Positions 24,679-37,892 of a DNA stretch of 64,000 nucleotides are shown in pieces; within the stretch, counting starts at the first letter, position 1; every line of letters begins with the position of its first letter. Position numbers and translations under genes: made by a program. The stretch is taken from NCBI GenBank assembly GCA_032718475.1, contig JAUCBJ010004174.1, positions 1 through 64,000 of the forward strand, written 5' to 3'. This stretch comes from Nemertoderma westbladi (taxonomy: Eukaryota; Animalia; Xenacoelomorpha). The notes below the pieces were generated by a model. That model saw nothing but the letters and a program-made list of their open reading frames with translations, searched no databases and had not been told where the DNA came from.

Positions 24679-26574
24679 CTACAGAAATCATTCAATAATA
24701 CTGTAACATTAACATGCGACACTCAGAGACAAAGGAAAAGGGGATGGGGTCCATCTAAATGCATCAATGATACTACAGGTATGTAGAAACTATAAATATA
24801 ATTATAATTATGTGAATATTATATTTAATAATAATTAAGGTTCAATCAATATTTATTATCATTCAAATTTTTCTCGGTATAGGTTAATCATTACAAAAAA
24901 TTATTTATTTTTGTTCAAATAATCCAAGTTCAATAATGTTAGCCTACCGTCCAAAACTGTCTTACACATTCGTGCCGTCTACCAATCGAAATAAAATGTA
25001 TTCCTAAGCTAACAGTACAAGCCAAGCACTTGTTCTCAAACTGTCGTGAATAAAAGTGAATTAATTTGTAGGTAGATAAGTTTTTTGTAACATTTATTTA
25101 TGATTTATCTAGCATCGATCACCTAGGAATTCAATGAGTGCCAAGTCGCCAGTGTCTTTGTCTACAAAGTGAATGTTGAATGTTGACAGACACTTATGAT
25201 GAGTGCCAACAGTTCACGATGCGAAATTTAAACAAATTTCAAATAAATAAAATCAAAACGGCATTGGCGTAATCCCACCCAATACTCCCCGTCCGTATCC
25301 CGTACTGCCATGGGAAACACAATGCAAAATACTCCAAGTCAAAATCACATTCAAAAACAACGCCAGATAAATCGACTATGGAAAATAAAGAAAATTATTA
25401 ATAAAACTGTTTTATACACTCTTTTTTTGCCAGGAATTTATGAATACAAGTTCATAAAATCAAAATTAATTTTCTTTCGAATGGTATAAAACATTAAGGT
25501 TAATAAAACACACGGTAGATATCATAACTTAATTAGATTCAAACAGTTTAAGTTGTTACACATGGAAAACTAAAAGAACCAATAACATCAAATATTTTTG
25601 TTAAAAATATTATGTAAAAGTAATGGGAATCGTAATAAATTGTATGATAAATAGTGTGCAGAGACAAAAAGTTCGGATTAACTTCATATATTGAGGTTTT
25701 AAATAACAAATTAATTAAAGTAGAAATTAATTCAATAGTTGTTTTATATAATACAATTTATTTATAGGAATATATACTATAAAAATAATTTATTGATAAA
25801 CATATATATGTACAAATACAATGACAATCACAGATAATTTACATTTTGTTTGAGTCTAAATAATACCGTCCTCTGTCCGGTTGACAATTAGTGAATTTTA
25901 AATAGATTCATTCATCTAATTTCCATATATAATTCCCAAATAGCGGTGTAACCGTATACAATTATAATTATTTGCGATATATGAGCTTTTAAAAAAAACT
26001 AATGTGAATCAGTCTTAGGCTTTATGAAGTAGCACAGAATTGATTTTTCGAAGTACAAAATACCGGTGGACTAACGTCGACTTTTTAAATATTTACAGTG
26101 CAGGCAGAGCGGAGAACGGATGTTATACAATGTGATGTCAAATTGTCTATCGCTATCCTCATAGCAATCTGTAGTAAGCTATATGTTTTGTCAATGACAA
26201 AAGAAACAACATTGTTAAATATTCATAAAACTTTATACGAAAATACGAAAGTTTAAATTCCATTTTGCACAGACATTCCCTAAACTAATTTAGCCTTGAT
26301 GCTATTTAGAAGGTTATTAGATTATATTCGTCTAGTCAACTTGTAATACTGTACTGATGATAATAATACTTCTTGTGAAATTATTATAAGCTGACGAAAT
26401 CAAAAATGAATGTAATTTTAAAATTATCTGAAAAATTGGGAAGTTGATAGCTGTTGTCAGAAGATGAGGCCGATATTATATAACAAATTACATAAAAACA
26501 ACCAAATTAGTACAAAATGTGACGTAAAATAGTAGACAGAGGCACAATAAAGGCATTCCTCCAAATCGTGTTGG

Positions 26575-26672
26575 GTGCAGCAGACATTCAGACAGTCGGA
26601 TTCAACACCATGGTAGGTGCAGACATTCAGACAGTCGGATTCAACACCATGGTAGGTGCAGACATTCAGACA
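26575..26672. repeat. 39-bp tandem repeat, about 2.5 copies
   Basis: gcagacattcagacagtcggattcaacaccatggtaggt repeated. Confidence 0.8.
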
Positions 26673-26725
26673 TCGAGGATGGGTGCATCTTCAGTTTATT
26701 TACATTCAAGTCTCTTTCGACTAAC

Positions 26726-26834
26726 CCTTCAGTAAATGTGGGGCAGCAAAGGAAGTCTTTCTTTCATAACCTCTGGCACCCCTACTACTGGCTATTGATC
26801 CACTCCTTGAAGTACGGTCTGATTCACTAGGCTC
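26726..26834 (-). CDS. Exon of the low-complexity protein gene (not in the ORF track)
   Basis: Acceptor ttttag at 26835; EPSESDRTSRSGSIASSRGARGYERKTSFAAPHLLK-G; donor G|gttagt. Phases 0 and 1 fit both neighbours. Confidence 0.75.
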
Positions 26835-27217
26835 CTAAAAGTCAAAACAATTTAAGTTAAATCGAAACGGGGTCTAGAAAACAAACGCCTAAACTATTGT
26901 ATGTCAGGTGCCCGATTATTAATTTTAATATAGAAAAATAAAGTACCAATTTGATTTAAATTAGAAATGTTTAATATTTCGTGTTCTATAATAACTACAG
27001 TAGGTCAATTAATGCAATTAAACATTAAACCAAAGTTGGTACAATGTAGTCTGTCAAAATATTTAAAAGTTTAAAAGGAATTGCGTGGGAGGACAAGCAG
27101 TTCTCCAGTCTGCCGCTTAGAAACGATCCTAATATTATTCGCTTTAATTTGCGTTCTAGAATATATTATATTTTAAGCAAAATTTCAATTAGTCGTTAGC
27201 CACATAATGTATATCCA

Positions 27218-27218
<1 letters not shown>

Positions 27219-27252
<34 letters not shown>
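27219..27252. repeat. (CA)n microsatellite
   Basis: Direct observation. Confidence 0.95.
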
Positions 27253-27254
<2 letters not shown>

Positions 27255-27444
27255 CAACTGTATATCCAGACATACACACCAATACCCCCATACGTTATGT
27301 GAACACATCTTTATATAATATTTATTGGGGTTTTTTCGTCAATCTAATTAATGTATTAAAGGTTTATTGCATGTGTCCTATTACACGTAAAAACCTAGGA
27401 AGTAAATGGTTTAGTGTAGCAAATAAATTATTTGTTCACCTATC

Positions 27445-30400
27445 ACTGAACTGCCTCTACAACGTTCGCTCCACAGTAACTAACCTTAGACAGCGAACCC
27501 GAACTGCCTCTACAACGTTCGCTCCACAGTAACTAACCTTAGACAGCGAACCCGAACTGCCTCTACAACGTTCGGTCCACAGTAACTAACCTTAGACAGC
27601 GAACCCGAACTGCCTCTACAACGTTCGGTCCACAGTAACTAACCTTAGACAGCGAACCCGAACTGCCTCTACAACGTTCGCTCCACAGTAACTAACCTTA
27701 GACAGCGAACCCGAACTGCCTCTACAACGTTCGCTCCACAGTAACTAACCTTAGACAGCGAACCCGAACTGCCTGTACAACGTTCGCTCCACAGTAACTA
27801 ACCTTAGACAGCGAGCCCGAACTGCCTCCACAACGTTCGCTCCACAGTAACTAACCTTAGACAGCGAACCCGATGGTTTACTGAACTGCCTCTACAACGT
27901 TCGCTCCACAGTAACTAACCTTAGACAGCGAACCCGAACTGCCTCTACAACGTTCGCTCCACAGTAACTAACCTTAGACAGCGAACCCGAACTGCCTCTA
28001 CAACGTTCGCTCCACAGTAACTAACCTTAGACAGCGAACCCGAACTGCCTCTACAACCGCTCCACAGTAACTAACCTTAGATAGCGAACCCGAACTGCCT
28101 CTACAACGTTCGCTCCACAGTAACTAACCTTAGACAGCGACCCCGATGGTTTACTGAACTGCCTCTACAGCGTTCGCTCCACAGTAACTAACCTTAGACA
28201 GCGAACCCGAACTGCCTCCACAACGTTCGCTCCATAGTAACTAACCTTAGACAGCGAACCCGTACTGCCTCTACAACGTTCGTTCCACAGTAACTAACCT
28301 TAGACAGCGAACCCGAACTGCCTCTACAACGTTCGCTCCACAGTAACTAACCTTAGACAGCGAACCCGAACTGCCTCTACAACGTTCGCTCCACAGTAAC
28401 TAACCTTAGACAGCGAACCCGAACTGCCTCTACAACGTTCGCTCCACAGTAACTAACCTTAGATAGCGAACCCGAACTGCCTCTACAACGTTCGCTCCAC
28501 AGTAACTAACCTTAGGCGGCGAACCCGAACTGCCTCTACAACGTTCGCTCCACAGTAACTAACCTTAGACAGCGAACCCGTACTGCCTCTACAACGTTCG
28601 TTCCACAGTAACTAACCTTAGATAGCGAACCCGAACTGCCTCTACAACGTTCGCTCCACAGTAACTAACCTTAGGCGGCGAACCCGAACTGCCTCTACAA
28701 CGTTCGTTCCACAGTAACTAACCTTAGACAGCGAACCCGAACTGCCTCCACAACGTTCGCTCCATAGTAACTAACCTTAGACAGCGAACCCGAACTGCCT
28801 CTACAACGTTCGTTCCACAGTAACTAACCTTAGACAGCGAACCCGAACTGCCTCTACAACGTTCGTTCCACAGTAACTAACCTTAGACAGCGAACCCGTA
28901 CTGCCTCTACAACGTTCGTTCCACAGTAACTAACCTTAGACAGCGAACCCGAACTGCCTCTACAACGTTCGCTCCACAGTAACTAACCTTAGGCGGCGAA
29001 CCCGAACTGCCTCTACAACGTTCGCTCCACAGTAACTAACCTTAGACAGCGAACCCGAACTGCCTCTACAACGTTCGCTCCACAGTAACTAACCTTAGAC
29101 AGCGAACCCGAACTGCCTCCACAACGTTCGCTCCATAGTAACTAACCTTAGACAGCGAACCCGAACAGCCTCTACAACGTTTGCTCCACTGTAACTAACC
29201 TTAGACAGCGAACCCGAACAGCCTCTACAACGTTTGCTCCACTGTAACTAACCTTAGACAGCGAACCCGAACTGCCTCTACAACGTTCGTTCCACAGTAA
29301 CTAACCTTAGACAGCGAACCCGTACTGCCTCTACAACGTTCGTTCCACTGTAACTAACCTTAGACAGCGAACCCGAACTGCCTCCACAACGTTCGTTCCA
29401 CAGTAACTAACCTTAGACAGCGAACCCGTACTGCCTCTACAACGTTCGTTCCACTGTAACTAACCTTAGACAGCGAACCCGAACTGCCTCCACAACGTTC
29501 GCTCCACAGTAACTAACCTTAGACAGCGAACCCGAACTGCCTCTACAACGTTCGCTCCACAGTAACTAACCTTATACAGCGAACCCGAACTGCCTCTACA
29601 ACGTTCGTTCCACAGTAACTAACCTTAGACAGCGAACCCGTACTGCCTCTACAACGTTCGTTCCACTGTAACTAACCTTAGACAGCGAACCCGTACTGCC
29701 TCTACAACGTTCGTTCCACTGTAACTAACCTTAGACAGCGAACCCGAACTGCCTCTACAACGTTCGTTCCACAGTAACTAACCTTAGACAGCGAACCCGT
29801 ACTGCCTCTACAACGTTCGTTCCACTGTAACTAACCTTAGACAGCGAACCCGTACTGCCTCTACAACGTTCGTTCCACTGTAACTAACCTTAGACAGCGA
29901 ACCCGAACTGCCTCTACAACGTTCGTTCCACAGTAACTAACCTTAGACAGCGAACCCGTACTGCCTCTACAACGTTCGTTCCACTGTAACTAACCTTAGA
30001 CAGCGAACCCGTTCTGCCTCTACAACGTTCGCTCCTCAGTAACTAACCTTAGACAGCGAACCCGTACTGCCTCTACAACGTTCGTTCCACTGTAACTAAC
30101 CTTAGACAGCGAACCCGAACTGCCTCTACAACGTTCGCTCCACAGTAACTAACCTTAGACAGCGAACCCGTACTGCCTCTACAACGTTCGTTCCACAGTA
30201 ACTAACCTTAGACAGCGAACCCGTACTGCCTCTACAACGTTCGTTCCACTGTAACTAACCTTAGACAGCGAACCCGAACTGCCTCCACAACGTTCGCTCC
30301 ACAGTAACTAACCTTAGACAGCGAACCCGAACTGCCTCTACAACGTTCGCTCCACAGTAACTAACCTTATACAGCGAACCCGAACTGCCTCTACAACGTT

Positions 30401-33400
30401 CGTTCCACAGTAACTAACCTTAGACAGCGAACCCGAACAGCCTCTACAACGTTTGCTCCACTGTAACTAACCTTAGACAGCGAACCCGAACAGCCTCTAC
30501 AACGTTTGCTCCACTGTAACTAACCTTAGACAGCGAACCCGAACTGCCTCTACAACGTTTGCTCCACAGTAACTAACCTTAGACAGCGAACCCGAACTGC
30601 CTCTACAACGTTCGCTCCACAGTAACTAACCTTAGACAGCGAACCCGAACTGCCTCTACAACGTTCGCTCCACAGTAACTAACCTTAGACAGCGAACCCG
30701 AACTGCCTCTACAACGTTCGCTCCACAGTAACTAACCTTAGACAGCGAACCCGAACAGCCTCTACAACGTTTGCTCCACTGTAACTAACCTTAGACAGCG
30801 AACCCGAACAGCCTCTACAACGTTTGCTCCACTGTAACTAACCTTAGACAGCGAACCCGAACTGCCTCTACAACGTTTGCTCCACAGTAACTAACCTTAG
30901 ACAGCGAACCCGAACTGCCTCTACAACGTTCGTTCCACAGTAACTAACCTTAGACAGCGAACCCGAACAGCCTCTACAACGTTTGCTCCACTGTAACTAA
31001 CCTTAGACAGCGAACCCGAACAGCCTCTACAACGTTTGCTCCACTGTAACTAACCTTAGACAGCGAACCCGAACTGCCTCTACAACGTTTGCTCCACAGT
31101 AACTAACCTTAGACAGCGAACCCGAACTGCCTCTACAACGTTCGCTCCACAGTAACTAACCTTAGACAGCGAACCCGAACTGCCTCTACAACGTTCGCTC
31201 CACAGTAACTAACCTTATACAGCGAACCCGAACTGCCTCTACAACGTTCGTTCCACAGTAACTAACCTTAGACAGCGAACCCGAACTGCCTCTACAACGT
31301 TCGCTCCACAGTAACTAACCTTATACAGCGAACCCGAACTGCCTCTACAACGTTCGTTCCACAGTAACTAACCTTAGACAGCGAACCCGTACTGCCTCTA
31401 CAACGTTCGTTCCACTGTAACTAACCTTAGACAGCGAACCCGTACTGCCTCTACAACGTTCGTTCCACTGTAACTAACCTTAGACAGCGAACCCGTACTG
31501 CCTCTACAACGTTCGTTCCACAGTAACTAACCTTAGACAGCGAACCCGTACTGCCTCTACAACGTTCGTTCCACTGTAACTAACCTTAGACAGCGAACCC
31601 GAACTGCCTCCACAACGTTCGCTCCACAGTAACTAACCTTAGACAGCGAACCCGAACTGCCTCTACAACGTTCGCTCCACAGTAACTAACCTTATACAGC
31701 GAACCCGAACTGCCTCTACAACGTTCGTTCCACAGTAACTAACCTTAGACAGCGAACCCGAACAGCCTCTACAACGTTTGCTCCACTGTAACTAACCTTA
31801 GACAGCGAACCCGAACAGCCTCTACAACGTTTGCTCCACTGTAACTAACCTTAGACAGCGAACCCGAACTGCCTCTACAACGTTTGCTCCACAGTAACTA
31901 ACCTTAGACAGCGAACCCGAACTGCCTCTACAACGTTCGCTCCACAGTAACTAACCTTAGACAGCGAACCCGAACTGCCTCTACAACGTTCGCTCCACAG
32001 TAACTAACCTTAGACAGCGAACCCGAACTGCCTCTACAACGTTCGCTCCACAGTAACTAACCTTAGACAGCGAACCCGAACTGCCTCTACAACGTTCGCT
32101 CCACAGTAACTAACCTTAGACAGCGAACCCGATGGTTTACTGAACTGCCTCTACAACGTTCGTTCCACAGTAACTAACCTTAGACAGCGAACCCGAACTG
32201 CCTCTACAACGTTCGCTCCACAGTAACTAACCTTAGACAGCGAACCCGATGGTTTACTGAACTGCCTCTACAACGTTCGTTCCACAGTAACTAACCTTAG
32301 ACAGCGAACCCGAACTGCCTCTACAACGTTCGCTCAACAGTAACTAACCTTAGACAGCGAACCCGAACTGCCTCTACAACGTTCGCTCCACGGTAACTAA
32401 CCTTAGACAGCGAACCAGAACTGCCTCTACAACGTTCGTTCCACAGTAACTAACCTTAGACAGCGAACCCGAACTGCCTCTACAACGTTCGCTCCTCAGT
32501 AACTAACCTTAGACAGCGAACCCGATGGTTTACTGAACTGCCTCTACAACGTTCGCTCTACAGTAACTAACCTTAGACAGCGAACCCGAACTGCCTCTAC
32601 AACGTTCGCTCCACAGTAACTAACCTTAGACAGCGAACCCGAACTGCCTGTACAACGTTCGCTCCACAGTAACTAACCTTAGACAGCGAACCCGAACTGC
32701 CTGTACAACGTTCGCTCCACAGTAACTAACCTTAGACAGCGAACCAGAACTGCCTCTACAACGTTCGTTCCACAGTAACTAACCTTAGACAGCGAACCCG
32801 AACTGCCTCTACAACGTTCGCTCCACAGTAACTAACCTTAGACAGCGAACCCGAACTGCCTCTACAACGTTCGCTCCACAGTAACTAACCTTAGACAGTG
32901 AACCCGAACTGCCTCTACAACGTTCGTTCCACAGTAACTAACCTTAGACAGCGAACCAGAACTGCCTCTACAACGTTCGCTCCATAGTAACTAACCTTAG
33001 ACAGCGAACCCGTTCTGCCTCTACAACGTTCGCTCCTCAGTAACTAACCTTAGACAGCGAACCCGAACTGCCTCTACAACGTTCGCTCCACAGTAACTAA
33101 CCTTAGACAGCGAACCCGAACTGCCTCTACAACGTTCGCTCCATAGTAACTAACCTTAGACAGCGAACCCGAACTGCCTCTACAACGTTCGCTCCACAGT
33201 AACTAACCTTAGACAGCGAACCCGAACTGCCTCTACAACGTTCGCTCCACAGTAACTAACCTTAGACAGCGAACCCGAACTGCCTCTACAACGTTCGCTC
33301 CACAGTAACTAACCTTAGACAGTGAACCCGAACTGCCTCTACAACGTTCGCTCCACAGTAACTAACCTTAGACAGCGAACCCGAACTGCCTCTACAACGT

Positions 33401-33929
33401 TCGCTCCACAGTAACTAACCTTAGACAGCGAACCCGAACTGCCTCTACAACGTTCGCTCCACAGTAACTAACCTTAGACAGCGAACCCGAACTGCCTCTA
33501 CAACGTTCGCTCCACAGTAACTAACCTTAGACAGCGAACCCGAACTGCCTCTACAACGTTCGCTCCACAGTAACTAACCTTAGACAGCGACCCCGATGGT
33601 TTACTGAACTGCCTCTACAACGTTCGCTCCACAGTAACTAACCTTAGACAGCGAACCCGAACTGCCTCTACAACGTTCGCTCCACAGTAACTAACCTTAG
33701 GCGGCGAACCCGAACTGCCTCTACAACGTTCGCTCCACAGTAACTAACCTTAGACAGCGAACCCGAACTGCCTCTACAACGTTCGCTCCACAGTAACTAA
33801 CCTTAGACAGCGAACCCGAACTGCCTCTACAACGTTCGCTCCACAGTAACTAACCTTAGACAGCGAACCCGAACTGCCTCTACAACCGCTCCACCGTAAC
33901 TAACCTTAGACAGCGAACCCGATGGTTTT
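27445..33929. repeat. 53-bp satellite, about 120 copies, derived from an exon/intron junction
   Basis: Unit gaactgcctctacaacgttcgctccacagtaactaaccttagacagcgaaccc, with six 64-bp variants. The last copy overlaps exon 33905-34045. Confidence 0.97.
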
Positions 33930-34045
33930 TTCCGCGCTCCCGGTGGGGGACGTAGAACGGCCCCGGCTGGTGGCCCTTCCCGTTTTATTTCCTGCCGTTC
34001 GTGGGGCGACAGACTCGAGTCCGAGTCGATAGCCACCCGACTAGC
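33905..34045 (-). CDS. Exon of the low-complexity protein gene
   Basis: Acceptor ccctctacctag at 34046; ASRVAIDSDSS...KKPSGSLSK; donor AAG|gttagt; 141 nt, phase 0/0. Confidence 0.8.
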
Positions 34046-34387
34046 CTAGGTAGAGGGAAATAAAGTGAGTTGGAGAGAAATAAAGTGAAAGGCTATGAAA
34101 TTAGATATGTTAGGATATCTTTTAATTATTATTATATTATAATAAGTTTTTCAGAAATGGGAAAAATGAGAAAGCGCATCAAAATTTATTTATTTAAATT
34201 ATTATAAAAGTTATAATATATTAATTATAAGCGGGTTAAGGATGAAGGATAATATAATATATTATATTAATTAATTACAATGTGTCGAACCACTTTGTAT
34301 GTCATCAACACTAGATAATTATGCGATCGTTGAGTTATAAGGTATGTTTATGTATATTATGGTACGTCGTTAAATACCTATACCTAC

Positions 34388-34916
34388 CTCTTTAGTCTTT
34401 GTGATAGTTCGTTCACGTGACGGAGGTCTGTCTCCTTTAAGCTCGGCTCGCTTCGAACCACCTCGTAGACTATCCCGGCTAGACCGCGATCCAGTTGAAC
34501 TACTTTTACTCAATGGTGGACTTTCCCGTTTCGGGGGTGGACTTTCCCGTTTCGGGGGTGGACTTTCCCGTTTCGGTGGTGGACTTTCCCGTTTCGGCGG
34601 TGGTGGACTTTCTTGTTTCGGAGGTGGTGGACTCTCGCGATTAGAAGTGGCTGCGTTGTTGGTTTGTCGGTCGGTCTCCACAGCTGCTTTAGTTTTACGT
34701 TCAGATTGTTTCATTTCCTCTCTAGTAGAACTCGCTGTACTCTTCCGATCGTCATCTCTAGTAGAACTAGCTGCGCTCTTCCTGTCGTCCTCCTTGGGGT
34801 CCTGCTTCTTGGCGGAATCTCGCGTTGCGGTTGACGATTTGCTCTGACGACGATGATCGCTTCGATCGCTCGATGATGAACTACTCGAACTCGAAGAGGA
34901 TGAAGATGACGATGAT
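34388..34916 (-). CDS. Exon of the low-complexity protein gene (poly-Ser, KRESPPP repeats)
   Basis: Acceptor ctttgtag at 34917 and donor GAG|gtaggt; 529 nt, phase 2/0. Confidence 0.85.
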
Positions 34917-35449
34917 CTACAAAGATTATAAGAAAACGCCAAGTTTATTAGTCAAGTTAAGTATTTACAGTATCTATTGTTAGGTTATCTTTTTATATTT
35001 AAAGTGATAATAAAATACATTAATGAAGTTAGATATTAAACTGTAGTGCGGCATAGACAAACTCTTTCACCTTTAATTATGACTCCTATCTATGGCAGCG
35101 CGATAGCATTCGCGATACCTAAACGCAACCTGGTTCGTTCGCATGGATGAGATAGCGATAACGATGTAACTGATCCAACATAGAGCCTTATTCGGGGAAC
35201 GGACCGTATCTGCTATCTTGCTATCGTTTAAACTCCATTACTGGGACGATAGTATTAGCCTTATGCGCGTGCGGCTGTTGAGGCTACAGTATTAGCCAAA
35301 GGCGCGTGCGGCAGTTGAGGCTACAGTAAAGCCTAAAACTGTACGAAAAAGTAAAGAGCTTGTTCGAAACCCAGTGTCATATTTCCACATGTATTCTTTA
35401 TTGTACCAAATACTAATTTCATATTGAACTAAAAATTATATATATACAT

Positions 35450-36956
35450 ACAATATTGCAATGTTCTAGAGTTAATATACGGAAATAATAACCTGAAGCG
35501 AATAAAACTGAATAATCACTGATGCCGTTCCAGAAGCAAATTAACCTGTATAATTACCGAGGCCGCAGGCCGAGGTTATTATATTAGGTTAATTTGCTGA
35601 AGGATAAGGCAGAAGTGATTATTACAGTTTTATTCGCTGAAGGTTTTTATTTCCGTATATTAACTCTAGAACATTGCAATATTGTGTTTATTGTTAATTA
35701 GAGCATATTGAACGAACAACATGACAGCATACTTTGTATTTTTAAGGATCGTGTTCTAATACAAATACGCGTATTCAATTTTTTCAAGCCTTGCGTAGCA
35801 TTTAAATCCATTTCCTTGAATTAATATCGCTCCAGAGGTCGTGGGGTTCTTCCCCTGCAGGCGGGCCAGGATAGTTTTCGTTTTGGCACAAATGCTAAGG
35901 GACTAACCAAACAGGGCGCGCGCATATTTGCTTTGTTACTTAAATGGTCGTTAAATGAGTACCAGTTATCTCTTTGCCTGTAAGGAGTATAGTTCTGAGG
36001 GGTCTATACTGGAAATGAGTCGTGAGACCTTCTTTTCTATTTTTCGTACTTGTTACAAGGAGGTCTCCTTGTTTTTTTTCATTTCCGCACTCATTGCCTC
36101 TAACATAAGGTAAGGACGATACGACCGAATCTGTGCAACTACTGTATATTTTTTTCATTATCTTATTTAATTAATTGTTGCAGAAATCACGTTATTTTAT
36201 TTTCTTCAATACTAGGCTCTTTTCACTGATAAATAAATAAAGATAAACCAAATTTACTATGGATATTCGTAATAATAATACGATTTGTTGGTATTTTTAA
36301 AAACACTAGCTACTGTACCATTTTTATGAATAGACTAACTACCATTGAAAACACTAGCTACCACAAAAATTAAACATGTAACGAGTCGGAAATATGTTCC
36401 AGAACATAAATCACTAGCCAAAACAGCTATACAAAGGCAGAATTATGGTGACACGGGTTAGTTAGTTACACTAGTAGCCCCCCCCCCCCCCCCCCACCCG
36501 GTAAAATTTAATGAAATTAATAAGATGGCAAACAACGAAAAGATCTTAAGTTTTTGTATGCCGTTTCTATCTAATTTAATGATGCTCGCATGGCTTTTGG
36601 TGAGGTCAGATTGTAATAAGAGTTATCATTCTTACGAATACTGGAGTAGAATTTAAAGTGCCAATCTGTCAATCTTATTGAGATGGTCATTTTGCTTAAT
36701 GTGAAATATATAGCTACAGTACATTATTGAAAGAAACCGTAGCAAGTTTGGTATATTGCTGTACCATAGGATAATACATAAAATTATATGAATATACTGC
36801 AACATATATTTTCTAGAATCCCGTATCAGAGCAATTTCTAAGAAAAGAGTATAATTTTAGGAAAAAACAACATTTATAGAACATTTTTTTTAAATTATAC
36901 GATTATAATTTTACCTAGTTTCCGTAGCAATATGCGAAAATTAACAATAAACATAT
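35450..36956. mobile_element. Non-autonomous fold-back DNA element
   Basis: ~235-bp imperfect palindrome at 35451-35684 centred on ccgaggccgcaggccgagg; second inverted pair ~35683-35715 and ~36920-36956; TA-rich flanks. Confidence 0.55.
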
Positions 36957-37892
36957 ATATTTAAATAACTTTGCATTAACAGCTCAACTTCAACTTATTT
37001 ATTTAGAATGAAAACTATTCAGACTTTCGTTGGCAGTAACTTTGTTGCAGGAACACGACGCATTGGAACTTCCATGAAATAATTTACTCGCCGTTACCAG
37101 CTGGGAGATAGAAATAATATATAATGTAGAAATATCGTATTTATATTGAATGTCGCAGACAGTGGCGCACATTGACCGCAAGTAAAAAGTAGGATCTTCA
37201 GAGCAAATTTATCGCAAGGGAAATAAAGTCTAGTTTATTGTTTTGGTTAGAATTCCCCGCCGGTTCATATCTATAGGATTTTATTGAAACTTTGGCGGCA
37301 ATCGGCGTTCAATATCAGTAATATAATATAATATATTTTCAGAACCAGAAAATCATATCAAAATTGATACCCCAAATATGTAAACACTAAAACACAGTTC
37401 TGGAACCCTGCAGCGAAACTGAAAACCATCATCAGACAACAGTTATTATTACACCATGTCCTGGAATATAATGTCGTAATTCATTGACTTGGCACCCCCT
37501 TTTCTACTAATCTTAATGAGATTGCATGACATTTGCATGAAAACAGAGATAATTTCACCTCCCCCATCCTTGTTGGGTGGGGCAGAACTTCGCATTCATT
37601 CATTATCTACAAGCTTTTAAAAATAGTGTCTACGGTGATATTTCAACAATTCCACTGCAGTTATTATTCAACCTTATAGTAATGATTAGTACCAATGGAA
37701 AGCTGGCCATGCTAGGATTCCAAATATGATAAATTCCAAAACATTTGAATTTGGTTGGGAAATAACTGAGATATGGGCAGTAGAAAGTTGCACGTATTTG
37801 TGTCCGCTGCTGACCATTTATTATATTTAATAAGTGCAACATTGGAACATTTTGTTTATCTCATAAGTAGAAGAGTAACTTTAAAGAGTTAA

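Noticed and set aside
27445-33929. CRISPR-like appearance of regular repeats (also 62629-62959)
   Set aside because: No unique spacers, no cas genes, and a eukaryotic spliced-gene context; these are tandem repeats.
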